Numbered from the stretch's first letter, positions 51,760 to 61,690 are shown. The stretch is 64,000 nt of DNA from Phycisphaerae bacterium (GCA_050115495.1 JASFQK010000023.1:31291-95290); one strand, 5' to 3'. Translations and numbers: made by a program. The notes: generated by a model not told the origin, from the letters alone.

Positions 51760-53040
51760 GTGGTGCAGAGGCTGAGCAGGGTACGGGTCTGGTGGTGGGT
51801 CCTGGTGGCGGCGGTGGCGGTCCTGCCGGCCGCGTCGGCGGGCGAGCCGGCGGTTCCCGCCGGGTTGTGCGGGCGGCTGGGCGACTGCGGCGGCGTTCCC
51901 GTCCTCGAAGTCTGGGGCACGCCCGAGCAGGAGGCCCGGGCCCACGGCTACCTGATGGCCGAGCGGATCCTGGATCTGTTCGACGGCTACGTGCTCGACG
52001 AATCCATGCTGGCCAGCCCGGTCCTGTACGAGTCGATACTCGTGCCGGGCGTGCGGCGGCAGTTCGAATGGCCGGCGGAGCGGGAGAAGGAGCTGCGAGC
52101 GCTGCTGGCTGGTATGCAGGAGCGGCTCGGGGCGGATGCCGTTCGCTCGAAGAAGCTGAACCGAGCGCTGCGCGTCGAGGACCTGATGATCGCCAACGCC
52201 CTGGCTGACTGGTTCGGGTCGCTCTGCTCGACCGTGTCGGTCTGGGGGGCGCTCACGCCGGACGGGCAAACGATCACGGCGCGGAACCTCGATTATCCCT
52301 CCGCCGGCGGGATGGCCGCGGGCCAGGTCATCATGATCTATCGCGGCGACGGGCACTGCCGGCCCTGGGCGGGTGTCGGCTGGCCCGGGCTGGTCGGCGT
52401 GTACACGGGGATGAACGACGGCGGCGTCACCATCGCGATGCACGACGCCACCGGTCGGCCGCCGGCGCAAACCGAGGGCTTCACGCCGCGGTCGCTGATT
52501 TTGCGCGAGGCGCTCGAGGCGGCGTCGCCGGAGTCGTTCGTCGCAGACGTGCGGGCGGTCTTCCGCCGGCGGCACGTGATGGTCGGCAACAACATCCACG
52601 TCAGCGCGCCGCGGCGGGGGCGGGAACCGGCGGCCGTGGTCTTCGAGTACGACGCGAATGCCTTCGAGGACGGCGTGACGGTTCGACGGGCGACCGATAA
52701 CCCGACGCCGCTGGCTGACGCCATTTGGTGCACGAATCACATGCGGCTGCGGAAGGAGCCGGTGAAGTCGCGCCGTTTCGCGCGCGTGCAGAAGCGGCTG
52801 GCGAATCTGGCCGGCGAGAAGGAGACGCTCGACGTGGACGAGGCGATGAAGCTGATCCACTCGATTCGGCAAAAGACGACGGTGCACAGCGTGGTGTTCG
52901 AGCCGGCGACGCGCGTGATGCACGTGCACATACCGGCGGCGCGGGAGCAGGCGGTTACGCTGCGGCTGGCCGAGTGGCTGGCGCGGCCCGTCGGCGGGTC
53001 GGCAGCTCCGCCGGCGGCGCGGGCGGAGGACAAGCCATGA
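51760..53040 (+). CDS. Secreted C45-family autoproteolytic acyltransferase/hydrolase
   Basis: Signal peptide; LCSTVSVWG (Cys nucleophile), ARNLDY, TGMNDGG, CTNH. Confidence 0.85.
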   Translation: MVQRLSRVRVWWWVLVAAVAVLPAASAGEPAVPAGLCGRLGDCGGVPVLEVWGTPEQEARAHGYLMAERILDLFDGYVLDESMLASPVLYESILVPGVRRQFEWPAEREKELRALLAGMQERLGADAVRSKKLNRALRVEDLMIANALADWFGSLCSTVSVWGALTPDGQTITARNLDYPSAGGMAAGQVIMIYRGDGHCRPWAGVGWPGLVGVYTGMNDGGVTIAMHDATGRPPAQTEGFTPRSLILREALEAASPESFVADVRAVFRRRHVMVGNNIHVSAPRRGREPAAVVFEYDANAFEDGVTVRRATDNPTPLADAIWCTNHMRLRKEPVKSRRFARVQKRLANLAGEKETLDVDEAMKLIHSIRQKTTVHSVVFEPATRVMHVHIPAAREQAVTLRLAEWLARPVGGSAAPPAARAEDKP

Positions 53041-53456
53041 CGCACGCGGGGCGGTTCCAGGTGGCGACGCAGGGGAACACGGACGTCGTGGACATCACGG
53101 CGCAGGTCGGGCGCGAACTGGCGGCGAGCAACGTGCGCGACGGTGTGCTGGTGGTGTTTGTGATCGGCTCGACGGCGGCGATCACCACGACCGAGGCCGA
53201 GCCGGGGCTGCTCATGCACGACCTGAAAGCCTACTGCGAGCGCATCGCCCCGGAGAACCAGTTCTACAAGCACGAGCAGACCTGGGGTGATGACAACGGT
53301 CACGCCCACGTGCGGGCGTCGGCGATGGGACCGTCGCTGGCCGTGCCCGTGATCGACGGGCAGATGCCGTTGGGTACATGGCAGCAGATCATCCTGCTCG
53401 ACTTCGACACCCGTCCCCGCCGGCGTGACATCATCGTCCAGATCGTCGGCGAGTAA
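53037..53456 (+). CDS. yjbQ: YjbQ/UPF0047 family protein
   Basis: VVDIT, GSTAAITT.E.EPGL, DNGHAH, LGTWQQI; ATGA overlap. Confidence 0.92.
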   Translation: MTHAGRFQVATQGNTDVVDITAQVGRELAASNVRDGVLVVFVIGSTAAITTTEAEPGLLMHDLKAYCERIAPENQFYKHEQTWGDDNGHAHVRASAMGPSLAVPVIDGQMPLGTWQQIILLDFDTRPRRRDIIVQIVGE

Positions 53457-53461
53457 CGTTC

Positions 53462-53490
53462 GGCACTGGTGGGTGAGCCACCAGTGGCAC
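53462..53490. repeat. REP-like palindrome, copy 2
   Basis: GGCACTGGTGGGTGAGCCACCAGTGGCAC. Confidence 0.75.
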
Positions 53491-53698
53491 GAGGCGAGGA
53501 ACGCCACACCGGGGGCGAAGGCTGAAATCCGAAATATGAGATCGCTAATATCAGATTAAGCGACCTCCTTTGCTGTCACTCGGCGATCGGATAGGCGATG
53601 GCGCAGCGGGACGGGCGGCGGGGGTCGACGGACACTGTTGCGTTCAGACGCCTCTACATATCCATTGCTCAGCCGACGACTGTCCAGCCTTATATTTC

Positions 53699-53727
53699 TT
53701 GACGCCTCCGATCGTCGAGACTATAGT
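53699..53727 (+). promoter_or_regulatory. Sigma70-type promoter
   Basis: TTGACG-N17-TATAGT. Confidence 0.7.
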
Positions 53728-53734
53728 GTATCTG

Positions 53735-53916
53735 GGTGTAGTCGACGGGTTGCTGTTTTCGAGGGGCACTTGTGATCGCGGACACATCATTCTGCAGGTC
53801 CGCTTCGCGTATGCTGTGAGAGAAAGCTCCTAGCTCCGAGATTGGACAACCGCGACGGTTGTCCGACCGGCAGCTTCGTGTCCGCTGGGAGAGGAAGGTT
53901 GCCAACTGTACGACTA
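53735..53916 (+). ncRNA. Candidate structured ncRNA or 5' leader of about 180 nt, family not identified
   Basis: Four nested complementary segment pairs plus an inner 9-bp hairpin, starting just after the promoter. Confidence 0.5.
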
Positions 53917-54151
53917 AGTTACGCTTGGCCCGTGCATGTAACGCACCGCGCGCCGCGCGAGCTGCGGGATACGTGCCTGCTGATTCGGCAGGACGCGCTC
54001 CAGTGCCGGTGTGAGGCGATGTCTCGTCCTGACGACGTGGAGGCGTGTCTTCGGTGCCGATGGCGTGACCGGTAGCACTCTTGTTTGCTGCGACCGCGGG
54101 CCGGACGCTGCCGTCCGCGACGGGCGTGGCCACATCTGCGAGAGGTGTCAG

Positions 54152-54856
54152 ATGGCCTCCGTGTTAGCGCTGGTGAAGCGGCAGTTCGAGAAGCGGGCCG
54201 AATGGCGAAGGTACACACAGGACTTGCGGGGAATGCATACGACGAAGGAATTCCTGCAGTACATTCGGCAGCGAGATCACAAGAGGTTCCCGCTGGACCG
54301 GAAGGAGGACGTCGCGCGCCGGCGCCGGGAGATGGAGATCGTCCTGGACACGCTGGAGATCGACCTGACCGGCAAGGCGGCGCTGGATATCGGCCCGGGC
54401 TATGGAGATTCGCTGGACGTGTTCCACGCGCGCGGGGCGCGCGACGTCGCGTTCATCGACTACGATCCTGTCTACTTTACGTTCAACCAGCTCAAGGGTT
54501 TCGCGACTGGCTACCAGGCGAACCACCTTCGCAAGCTGGGGATGTTCAAGGCCGGCCGATTCGATTTCGTCTGGAGCAAGGCAGCCACGCGGGATGACCT
54601 TTTCCTCGGGCCTCTGGGATGGTTGTTTCCCCTGTCGCGCTGGTTACGGAAGGTGCGGCGGCTGCTCGCGCCGGGCGGTACGGCTCTGATCTGTCCATAC
54701 TGGTCCACGGTTGGCGGCCGTCGGCAGATCGAGGACGTAGCCAGCAGCGTGGTCACGAAGACGATGCTCGAGTGTGGTTTCACCATGCTGCCGTTCCTGG
54801 AAGGCCACAACTACGAGCCAACCGTGCCCGTGTCATACGTTCTTCGTATGGCGTGA
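54152..54856 (+). CDS. Class I SAM-dependent methyltransferase
   Basis: ALDIGPGYG, FDFV, LLAPGG; GAGGT RBS. Confidence 0.85.
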   Translation: MASVLALVKRQFEKRAEWRRYTQDLRGMHTTKEFLQYIRQRDHKRFPLDRKEDVARRRREMEIVLDTLEIDLTGKAALDIGPGYGDSLDVFHARGARDVAFIDYDPVYFTFNQLKGFATGYQANHLRKLGMFKAGRFDFVWSKAATRDDLFLGPLGWLFPLSRWLRKVRRLLAPGGTALICPYWSTVGGRRQIEDVASSVVTKTMLECGFTMLPFLEGHNYEPTVPVSYVLRMA

Positions 54857-54948
54857 TGGTGCTGGTGGCTACGGAGCCCGTCCCGAGCCCTGTCTGCTGT
54901 CCGCCCTCCTCTCGACCACACTGCTCAAGAGCAGTGGCACACCGGGCG

Positions 54949-55602
54949 TTACTCGCTCGTGCGTTCCGGCGGCGGGGCGTGGGGGCGCTCGCAGTTCCAG
55001 CACAGCTCGAAGTGGCCGGGGTTGCTCTCGCCGCAATGGGGACAGGTCCAGTCCTGCGTGTCGCCGGCGGTGCGGGCGGCGGCAGCCTCGTGGCGGGCGC
55101 GTTGCAGTTGCCAGAGGACCTCGCAGTAGAACTCGCTCGGCACGCGCAGGCGCGTGAACGTCAACTGGTGGCCGCCGTAGATCTCGCGCAGCGATTTCTC
55201 TTCGACGACTACGTGCGGGATGCGCTCCTCGAGCAGCAGGATCTGCACCGCCGGAACCAGCAGCGGGGCGCACATGGCCTCGTCGAGGATGAACCACTCG
55301 CGCGGCGGAACCAGGGCGGCGGGGTCGAACGGCCGGCCGCAGTGTGGGCAGGCGTGGCTCGTCGCGCCGGCCAGCTCGGCCCGGCATCCGGCACAGGTCA
55401 GGCCGAAGTCGGGCAGCGGCAGCTCCTGCCCGGTGTAGCGCGGCGGTCGCAGACGCGTCCAGGTAGCGATGAGCGCGGGAATATCGATCTCGCTGCCGCA
55501 CTCGGGGCAGCGATGCGACGGCAGCCCGCGCAGCGGGTAGTTGCACTGCGGGCAGCGCAGGTCCCAATCGGGGATCGGCAGTTGGGTCAGGTCGACGTCC
55601 AC
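54949..55602 (-). CDS. Multi-zinc-ribbon protein (DUF2007-like domain plus C-terminal zinc finger)
   Basis: CPQC..CPEC, CAGC..CPHC, WTCPHCGESNPGHFELCWNC. Confidence 0.8.
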   Translation of the reverse strand: MDVDLTQLPIPDWDLRCPQCNYPLRGLPSHRCPECGSEIDIPALIATWTRLRPPRYTGQELPLPDFGLTCAGCRAELAGATSHACPHCGRPFDPAALVPPREWFILDEAMCAPLLVPAVQILLLEERIPHVVVEEKSLREIYGGHQLTFTRLRVPSEFYCEVLWQLQRARHEAAAARTAGDTQDWTCPHCGESNPGHFELCWNCERPHAPPPERTSE

Positions 55603-55681
55603 GGAGTCCCAGTATAGCGAAAGGCGCCCGCGAGCATCGGCCTCGCGAGCGCCTTTCCGCTTGGGGGGATTGTGGTGTGGA

Positions 55682-56158
55682 CTACTCGCCGCCGTCTTCC
55701 TCGGCCGGCTCGGCGACTTCGATCGTGACCGGCTCGCCATTGGCGGCCGCGCCGGTGGCGGAGAGATCGACGGTCACCATCTTCTGTCCGCCGGTCTCGA
55801 CAATCTCGACGTCCGCCTGGCCATGCTCCTGGAGATCGAGGGTCATGGTGGCCCCGTCGTCGGTCTCCTGGTAGTCGATGACCTCGGCGTCGACGGGCTC
55901 GCCGCCGATCCAGACGCCGACGACCCAGTTGTGGACGAGCGTCAGGCCGCCGGTGGCGGCGAAGGCCGTGCCGCCGACCAGCAGCACGACGGCCGCGGCG
56001 ATGAGCCAGGGGCGTCGGGCGAGGGGGCGAACGGTCTTGGGCGCATCAAATTCGTGCATGAGTACTTCCTCCAGATGGAGTCTGTGTGACGTAGGTTTCC
56101 ATTCACGGCTGCGGAGCGCGTGCAGCACCGGCTCCAGCGGATCGGGGTGTTCAGACAC
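55682..56158 (-). CDS. Putative anti-sigma factor (single TM)
   Basis: Directly downstream of the ECF sigma; RRPWLIAAAVVLLVGGTAFAA TM segment. Confidence 0.65.
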   Translation of the reverse strand: MSEHPDPLEPVLHALRSREWKPTSHRLHLEEVLMHEFDAPKTVRPLARRPWLIAAAVVLLVGGTAFAATGGLTLVHNWVVGVWIGGEPVDAEVIDYQETDDGATMTLDLQEHGQADVEIVETGGQKMVTVDLSATGAAANGEPVTIEVAEPAEEDGGE

Positions 56159-56161
56159 GGC

Positions 56162-56764
56162 TCACCTCCGTTTCTCGAGTCGCGCCCGGAGCAGGCCCCG
56201 AGCGCGAAAGAGCCTCGACTTCACCGTACCGGCGCGGCAGCCCAGGACCGCGGCCACCTCTTCGACGGCCAGTCCTTCCAGGTAGTGCAGGGCCAGGACG
56301 GCCTGGTACCTGGGTGGCAGGCCGAGCAGGATCTGCCGGGCCAGCTCCGGCGCTTCCGCGCGATCGGCGGGCGTGTGGCCGGCGGGGGCCGCCTGCTCTT
56401 CCAGGGGCTGGTGGCGCCGGCGCTGCCGGCGGGCCCAGCGGTTCGCGGCATTCGTCGCCACCCGGTACAGGAAGCTCCGAAAGGGCACGTCCCGGTGCCG
56501 GTAACGCGGCAATGACCGCAGGACGGAAAGGAAGACGTCCGCCGTCAGATCCTCGGTGGCGTGCACGTCGCCCGTGCGCCGGTAGAGGTAGCCGGCAATC
56601 GCCGCGTAATGTCGGCGATAGAGCCTGGCGAAAGCCTGGCGGTCGCGTTTGGCCTGCTCGATGAGCAGCCGCTCCTCGTCCGCGTCGAACCAGTTCGCCG
56701 TGCTCGTGCAAGCTGAACAGCACATGGGCCTCACCGAATCTCCCACGATGGGCGTTTCCTCCAT
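56162..56764 (-). CDS. ECF-type RNA polymerase sigma factor
   Basis: AFARLY, EDLTADVF, FRSFLYRVATN, EEVAAVLG..GTVKSRLFRAR; start may be 56725. Confidence 0.92.
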   Translation of the reverse strand: MEETPIVGDSVRPMCCSACTSTANWFDADEERLLIEQAKRDRQAFARLYRRHYAAIAGYLYRRTGDVHATEDLTADVFLSVLRSLPRYRHRDVPFRSFLYRVATNAANRWARRQRRRHQPLEEQAAPAGHTPADRAEAPELARQILLGLPPRYQAVLALHYLEGLAVEEVAAVLGCRAGTVKSRLFRARGLLRARLEKRR

Positions 56765-56854
56765 GGTATAGAAGTCACCAGGCCGCCGGGTGGTTCCAGA
56801 AAAGGCGGCGGGCGGGCGATTTGTGATTCTGGGACGTTGGCCGGGCGCCGCCGA

Positions 56855-57889
56855 TCAGGTCCCGCAGATGCGGCCGAAGGCGGCGAGGGCCAGGTCGATC
56901 TGGGCCCGGGTGACGTCCAGGTGGGTGACGGCGCGAATCTGCTGCGGGCCGGTGGTCAGCAGCCACACGTCCTGCTCGCGGAGCTGTCGGACGACGTCGG
57001 CCGCCGACCCCAGGGACTCGCCGACGTCGAACAGGACGATGTTGGTCTCGACGTGGGCCGGGTCGAGGCGGATGCCGGGGAGCTGGGCGAGACCCTCCGC
57101 CAGGCGGTGGGCGTTGGCGTGATCCTCCGCCAGCCGGGCGACGTTGTGCTCCACGGCGTACAGCGCTGCGGCGGCGAGCACGCCCGCCTGCCGCATCCCG
57201 CCGCCGAACATCTTGCGGAACCGGTGCGTGCGGTCGATGAAGGCCGCGCGGCCGGCGACGATCGAGCCGACCGGAGCGCCGAGGCCCTTCGAGAAGCACA
57301 GGCTCACGCTGTCGGCGTGCCGGGTGTAATCGGTGGGGTCTACGCCGGCGGCGACGCAGGCGTTCAGCAGGCGGGCCCCATCGATGTGCACGTGCAGGCC
57401 CTGCCGGCGGGCGGCCTCGGCCACGTCGCGAACGGTCGCCACCGGCCAGACCGTCCCGCCGCCGCGATTGTGCGTGTTCTCGATGATGACCAGTCGCGAG
57501 CGCGGAAAGTGATGATCAGCCGGGCGGACGGCAGCAGCGACCTGCGCGGCGGTGAAGATGCCGCGCTCACCCTGGATGACGCGCATCGAGCAGCCGGCCA
57601 GGGCCGCCGGCCCGCCGGCCTCGAAGTTGAAGCTGTGCGTGCCGGCGTCGAGGATGATCTCGTCGCCGGGCTCGGTGGCGGCGCGGATGGCGACCTGGTT
57701 GGCCATCGTGCCGGAGGGCACGAAGAGGGCCGCTTCCTGGCCGAGCAGTCCGGCCATGTGTTCCTGGAGTCGGAGTACGGTGGGATCGTCGCCGAGGACG
57801 TCATCCCCAACCTCGGCGGCGGCGATGGCGGCCCGCATCTCGGCGGAGGGGCGGGTGACCGTATCGCTGCGCAGGTCAACGATAGGCAT
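56855..57889 (-). CDS. ltaE: Low-specificity L-threonine aldolase
   Basis: [47 protein letters not shown]. Confidence 0.95.
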   Translation of the reverse strand: MPIVDLRSDTVTRPSAEMRAAIAAAEVGDDVLGDDPTVLRLQEHMAGLLGQEAALFVPSGTMANQVAIRAATEPGDEIILDAGTHSFNFEAGGPAALAGCSMRVIQGERGIFTAAQVAAAVRPADHHFPRSRLVIIENTHNRGGGTVWPVATVRDVAEAARRQGLHVHIDGARLLNACVAAGVDPTDYTRHADSVSLCFSKGLGAPVGSIVAGRAAFIDRTHRFRKMFGGGMRQAGVLAAAALYAVEHNVARLAEDHANAHRLAEGLAQLPGIRLDPAHVETNIVLFDVGESLGSAADVVRQLREQDVWLLTTGPQQIRAVTHLDVTRAQIDLALAAFGRICGT

Positions 57890-58808
57890 TCTCGTCCTTC
57901 CAGGTCTTGGCGGCCTGGCGCACCAGCTCGGTGATGCGGTCGATTTCCTTGGTCTTGAGGTAGTCCTTGGCGTTCTGCCACCACTTCTCGTTCTTGACGC
58001 TCTTGACGCGGCAGATCTTGCCCATGGCCTGGTACAGGTCGAGGCGGATGCGATCGGGCGTGATCCACTGGTCGAGCATCATCTCAGCCGCGGCGGGCGT
58101 GCACTTGCTCAGGGCCGCGGTGGCCTTGGCATCACCCTCCTCGGCGAGACTGATGAGCTTCTCGACGCTGATCTTGGTGGACAGGTCGGACAGCACGTTG
58201 TAGCAGTCGGCAGTGGTTTTCTTGTCCAGATCGGTGCGGTCGAGCAGGGCGGCGACGGTGGCGTCGGCGCCGTTGATCGTGAACTCGCGGATGGTCTTCA
58301 GGGCGGCCCGGAGCTCGGCGGGCTTCGACTCCTTGTTCTCCAGCACCGGGCGCAGCTCGCGGTCGAACATCCGCTGCCGGTGGAAGTCGAAGACGCGGAA
58401 GAGCTTCTCGGTCAGCGTGTCGACGGTGGCCACCCCGCTGCCGCTGATGCTGCCGAGCTGCTCGCCGTCGGGGGCGACGAAAGAGATCTCCAGGCTGGCG
58501 TTCTCACGGAGGCCGAACGGCTGGAGAAACTCCTTGTGGCGGACGCGTGAGATCTTCACGCAGACGAAGCGCCGGGCCTGGTTGACGACCTTCGGGTCGG
58601 CCAGGGCGCGGCGTTGGTCGCGCTCCAGGCGATCGTTGCGGTCCAGTTCGCTGCCCAGCACGTACACCAGTATCGGCCGTTTGGCGTTGCGGGCCAGGGC
58701 GACGGCTCGCTCCGGGCTGTCCTGCCAGATGATGTTCTGGCCGGACTGGGCGTGGGCGAGGGCTGCGGCCCCGAGGAAGACGGCGACGAGGGCGAGCGAA
58801 CGTGGCAT
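57876..58808 (-). CDS. Secreted thioredoxin-like-fold protein lacking CxxC, with helical C-terminus
   Basis: Signal peptide; [24 protein letters not shown]...FVCVKI...FVAPDGE. Confidence 0.65.
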   Translation of the reverse strand: MPRSLALVAVFLGAAALAHAQSGQNIIWQDSPERAVALARNAKRPILVYVLGSELDRNDRLERDQRRALADPKVVNQARRFVCVKISRVRHKEFLQPFGLRENASLEISFVAPDGEQLGSISGSGVATVDTLTEKLFRVFDFHRQRMFDRELRPVLENKESKPAELRAALKTIREFTINGADATVAALLDRTDLDKKTTADCYNVLSDLSTKISVEKLISLAEEGDAKATAALSKCTPAAAEMMLDQWITPDRIRLDLYQAMGKICRVKSVKNEKWWQNAKDYLKTKEIDRITELVRQAAKTWKDENAYR

Positions 58809-59005
58809 GAAGCACCTCCGAATTCGGAATCTCACAGCTATCCCTAATTCTATCATGCCCCAGCGGACGTCGCGAACCGAGCCGGCCACCGGCTTGGCCG
58901 TCTGCGCTGGCCGCGTTAAGCTCTGTTCGGCCGCCGACGGCCCCGCTGCGACGGTGGTGCGGCCCTCGCGGCGGCGGAGAAGCACCCCAACTCCCGCGGA
59001 CGCCC

Positions 59006-60502
59006 ATGACGGCAGACACGCCGAGACCCGGCCGCCGGCTCTGCGAGTGCCTGCGGCTTCTGTGCCTGGTCGCGGGACTGGCGGTTTTGGCCTATCCCTT
59101 CCTGCCCGCGACCTGGTTCGTCGCGGTGAATCCCGCCGACGGCGAGCCGCTCCTCATCCACCAGAGCCATGCGACGCGTGCCCCGCTGCACCTGCTGTGG
59201 GCGCTGGAGGGGTTCCGCCGGGTGCCGCTGGCGGCTCGGGCCGGGCTGGTCGTTCTGTTGGCGGCCCTCGCCTGGTGGCCGGCACGTCCGCGAACGGAGA
59301 ACGCCAGCCGGTTCGAACTTTGGCGCCGGCGACGCTGGCCGGTGGCGGTTGCGGCAGTCGTCGCGGTGGGAGTGTTCTGGCTGGCGCGCGTTTCGCCGGC
59401 GCAGAACGACCTCTTCGCCGATGCGCCGATCCTCCCCGCAGAGACGGACCTCGATCCGCTGGCTTCGGAAGTGCTCACGTACCACGTTTTTCACGCCGTT
59501 CGCGGCGTACTGACGCTGTTCACCGACAGCGCCGACAGCCGACAGGCCATCGTCGTCACGTCCTGCCTGGCCGGCGATGTGTTCCTCGTCAGCCTGCTCA
59601 TCCTGGCCCGGGCGGCGAGCCGCACCGGCGGCGAGTGGTTGATGCTGCTGGGCGGCGGAGCCCTGGCCGGCTACACGGCGATGTTCTTCGGCTACGTCGA
59701 AACGACGCAGGTGGAGCTGGCCGCGATGACGTTGTACCTGGGCGCGGCGGCGGCCGTCCTGCACGGACCACCCGGCCCGCAACGCCGACCGTGGCTGCTG
59801 CTGGCGCTGGCCGCCCTGGCGCTGGCGACAATGGCCCACGCCGCCGGCCTGCTGTTGTTACCGTCGGCGGCGGTGTTGCTGGTCGGAGAGAGTGCCGGCG
59901 AGGAGCGGACCGCCGGGCAGGCCCTCCGCCGAACGCTGTCGGTGCGGAACGTGGCGGCGGTCGGGTTGCTCGTCGTGCTGCCGTACGTGCTGGTGATCGT
60001 GCTGCCGTTCTACGCCCGCGGACTGGTCGGCAACATCACCGGCGGCGGAGACGAGATCATGTTCGTGCCGTGGCACGTAGACCCGGCGGCGCCGCCGTCG
60101 CGCTACGTGTACTACGCGATGCTGTCCTGGTGGCACGCGGCGGACTTATTATCGGCCGTGCTCGTGGCGGCTCCCCTTGCCGTCCCGCTGCTGATCGGCG
60201 CGGGGGTGTGCGTCTGGCGGCGGCGCGAACGGCTGGAACGCCAGGACCGCTGGTGGCTAGGGCTGCTGGCCGTCGCCGCCGGCCCGTGTGCCCTGGTGCC
60301 GCTGCTGTGGAACCACGATTTCGGGATGCGGGGTGACTGGAATCTCGCCGCCTGCTACCTGTTCCCGTTGAATATGCTGGGTTGGTCGCTGTTGGCCGTG
60401 CTATTGCGCGGGTCGCCGGCGGGCTGGGGCCGGCGCGTGGTGACTCCGCTGCTGCTGGTGCAACTCGTGTTGGGGGTGGGGATCCTGTTACAGCTCTGGT
60501 GA
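59006..60502 (+). CDS. Polytopic membrane protein, possibly GT-C-fold glycosyltransferase
   Basis: Many hydrophobic helices; FFGYVE and ATMAHAAGLLLLP segments. Confidence 0.6.
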   Translation: MTADTPRPGRRLCECLRLLCLVAGLAVLAYPFLPATWFVAVNPADGEPLLIHQSHATRAPLHLLWALEGFRRVPLAARAGLVVLLAALAWWPARPRTENASRFELWRRRRWPVAVAAVVAVGVFWLARVSPAQNDLFADAPILPAETDLDPLASEVLTYHVFHAVRGVLTLFTDSADSRQAIVVTSCLAGDVFLVSLLILARAASRTGGEWLMLLGGGALAGYTAMFFGYVETTQVELAAMTLYLGAAAAVLHGPPGPQRRPWLLLALAALALATMAHAAGLLLLPSAAVLLVGESAGEERTAGQALRRTLSVRNVAAVGLLVVLPYVLVIVLPFYARGLVGNITGGGDEIMFVPWHVDPAAPPSRYVYYAMLSWWHAADLLSAVLVAAPLAVPLLIGAGVCVWRRRERLERQDRWWLGLLAVAAGPCALVPLLWNHDFGMRGDWNLAACYLFPLNMLGWSLLAVLLRGSPAGWGRRVVTPLLLVQLVLGVGILLQLW

Positions 60503-60517
60503 CGGTGGCGTCGCCGA

Positions 60518-61432
60518 TCAGAGGGCCTGGATCGCCTCGACGAGGTTCCCGATGTACTGCTCGAAGAGGGTCCAGCCGCCGAAACGGACGCCGAGCGCCT
60601 CGATCTTGTGCGTTTCGATTTCGTTGAGGGGAGCGCGGCGCTCGCCGACGATGTCCGCGTCGCTGCCAGCGATCTCCTTCGCGGTGGCGGCCACGTCGTA
60701 TTCGCAGATGTACCGGTCGTAGCAGTTGTAGGCCTGTCCGGCGATGCCCTCGGCTTCGAGTAGGACCTCGACGGCCTGGGCGACGTCGGTGACGTGCACT
60801 TCCTTACCGCCGCGATCGACCTCGACGCGTTCGCCACGGACGACCCGGCGGACGAGGTCGAACCATTTGCTGCGCATGACGGGCTGAGCCAGGCCGTAGA
60901 TGCCGGTAGGCCGCAGGGCGCAGATGTCGTAGCCCAGGCCGAGGCCGTAGCTAGCGATGAACTTCTCGATGGCGGCCTTGTGGGCGCCGTAGTGCGACGT
61001 GGGGAACAGCGGGTGGTTTTCGTCGAGGACGCGGTCGTCGAGGATTCTCTCGTGGACGGCGCAGGTCGAGATGAAGATGAAGCGGCGTACGCCGGCGGCG
61101 CGGGCCGCCTCGATGAGCTGGATGGTGCCTACGACGTTCCGCTGGACGAACTCGACGACGTCGCCCTCGCCGCCGCGGAAGCCGCCGCCGGGGTGGTACA
61201 GGGCGGCGTGCACGACGGCGGCGCAGTCCTGGACGAGGGCGGTGGTGGTGGCGGGCTCGCCGAGTTCGCCGGGCAGCCAGGCGAGGCGTCCGCCGACGTC
61301 TTCGATGCCCTCGCAGTCGCTGTCCGGGCGGTGCCAGCAGCGGCAGTGGTGTCCGCGTTCGAGCAGCAGGTTGACGATGTAACGGCCCAGGAAGCCGGTG
61401 GCGCCGGTGACGGCGATACGCATGGTCTGCAC
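60518..61432 (-). CDS. NAD-dependent epimerase/dehydratase (extended SDR)
   Basis: VTGATGFLG, FIST, YGAHK, LRPTGIYG. Confidence 0.9.
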   Translation of the reverse strand: MQTMRIAVTGATGFLGRYIVNLLLERGHHCRCWHRPDSDCEGIEDVGGRLAWLPGELGEPATTTALVQDCAAVVHAALYHPGGGFRGGEGDVVEFVQRNVVGTIQLIEAARAAGVRRFIFISTCAVHERILDDRVLDENHPLFPTSHYGAHKAAIEKFIASYGLGLGYDICALRPTGIYGLAQPVMRSKWFDLVRRVVRGERVEVDRGGKEVHVTDVAQAVEVLLEAEGIAGQAYNCYDRYICEYDVAATAKEIAGSDADIVGERRAPLNEIETHKIEALGVRFGGWTLFEQYIGNLVEAIQAL

Positions 61433-61462
61433 TCCCGGAAGGCGGTGGCCGCCAGCCCGTGC

Positions 61463-61690
61463 TCAGGACACGCGGGCTCGCAGGGCTTCGATGACCTCGT
61501 CGTCCTTGGGAAACCGCCCGATGCGGTGCTTACTGAAGACGAGACGGCCGTCCGCGTTGACGTCGAAGATGCCGCCGCTGCCGGCGACGAGCTCGACTTT
61601 ACACCCGAATGTCTTCTTGAGGGTGGCCGCCAGACTGGCGGCTTCGGGGCGGTAGTCTCATTCGGCGCAGTAAGTAATGCTGATTCGCAC
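61463..61690 (-). CDS. Rdx (SelW/SelT/SelH-like) selenoprotein, 75 aa, in-frame UGA at codon 11; not in ORF track
   Basis: MRISITYCAE-U-DYRPEAASLAA...GSGGIFDV...LVFSK...RFP; AGAGGA RBS 7 nt before GTG. Confidence 0.92.
61626..61642 (-). promoter_or_regulatory. Candidate bacterial SECIS hairpin
   Basis: GCCGCC-AGUCU-GGCGGC starting 15 nt 3' of the UGA (61658-61660). Confidence 0.7.

Noticed and set aside
53511..53530. GGGGGCGAA, resembling a tmRNA 5' end
   Set aside because: No matching T-arm or acceptor 3' end and no tag reading frame downstream
53570..54133. Short ORFs on both strands in the long intergenic region
   Set aside because: No RBS or motif support and atypical composition; better explained as promoter plus structured RNA
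60518..61432. SDR epimerase as the missing rfbD/rmlD
   Set aside because: Lacks RmlD signatures (GxxGQLG, STDYVF) and lies far from the dTDP genes
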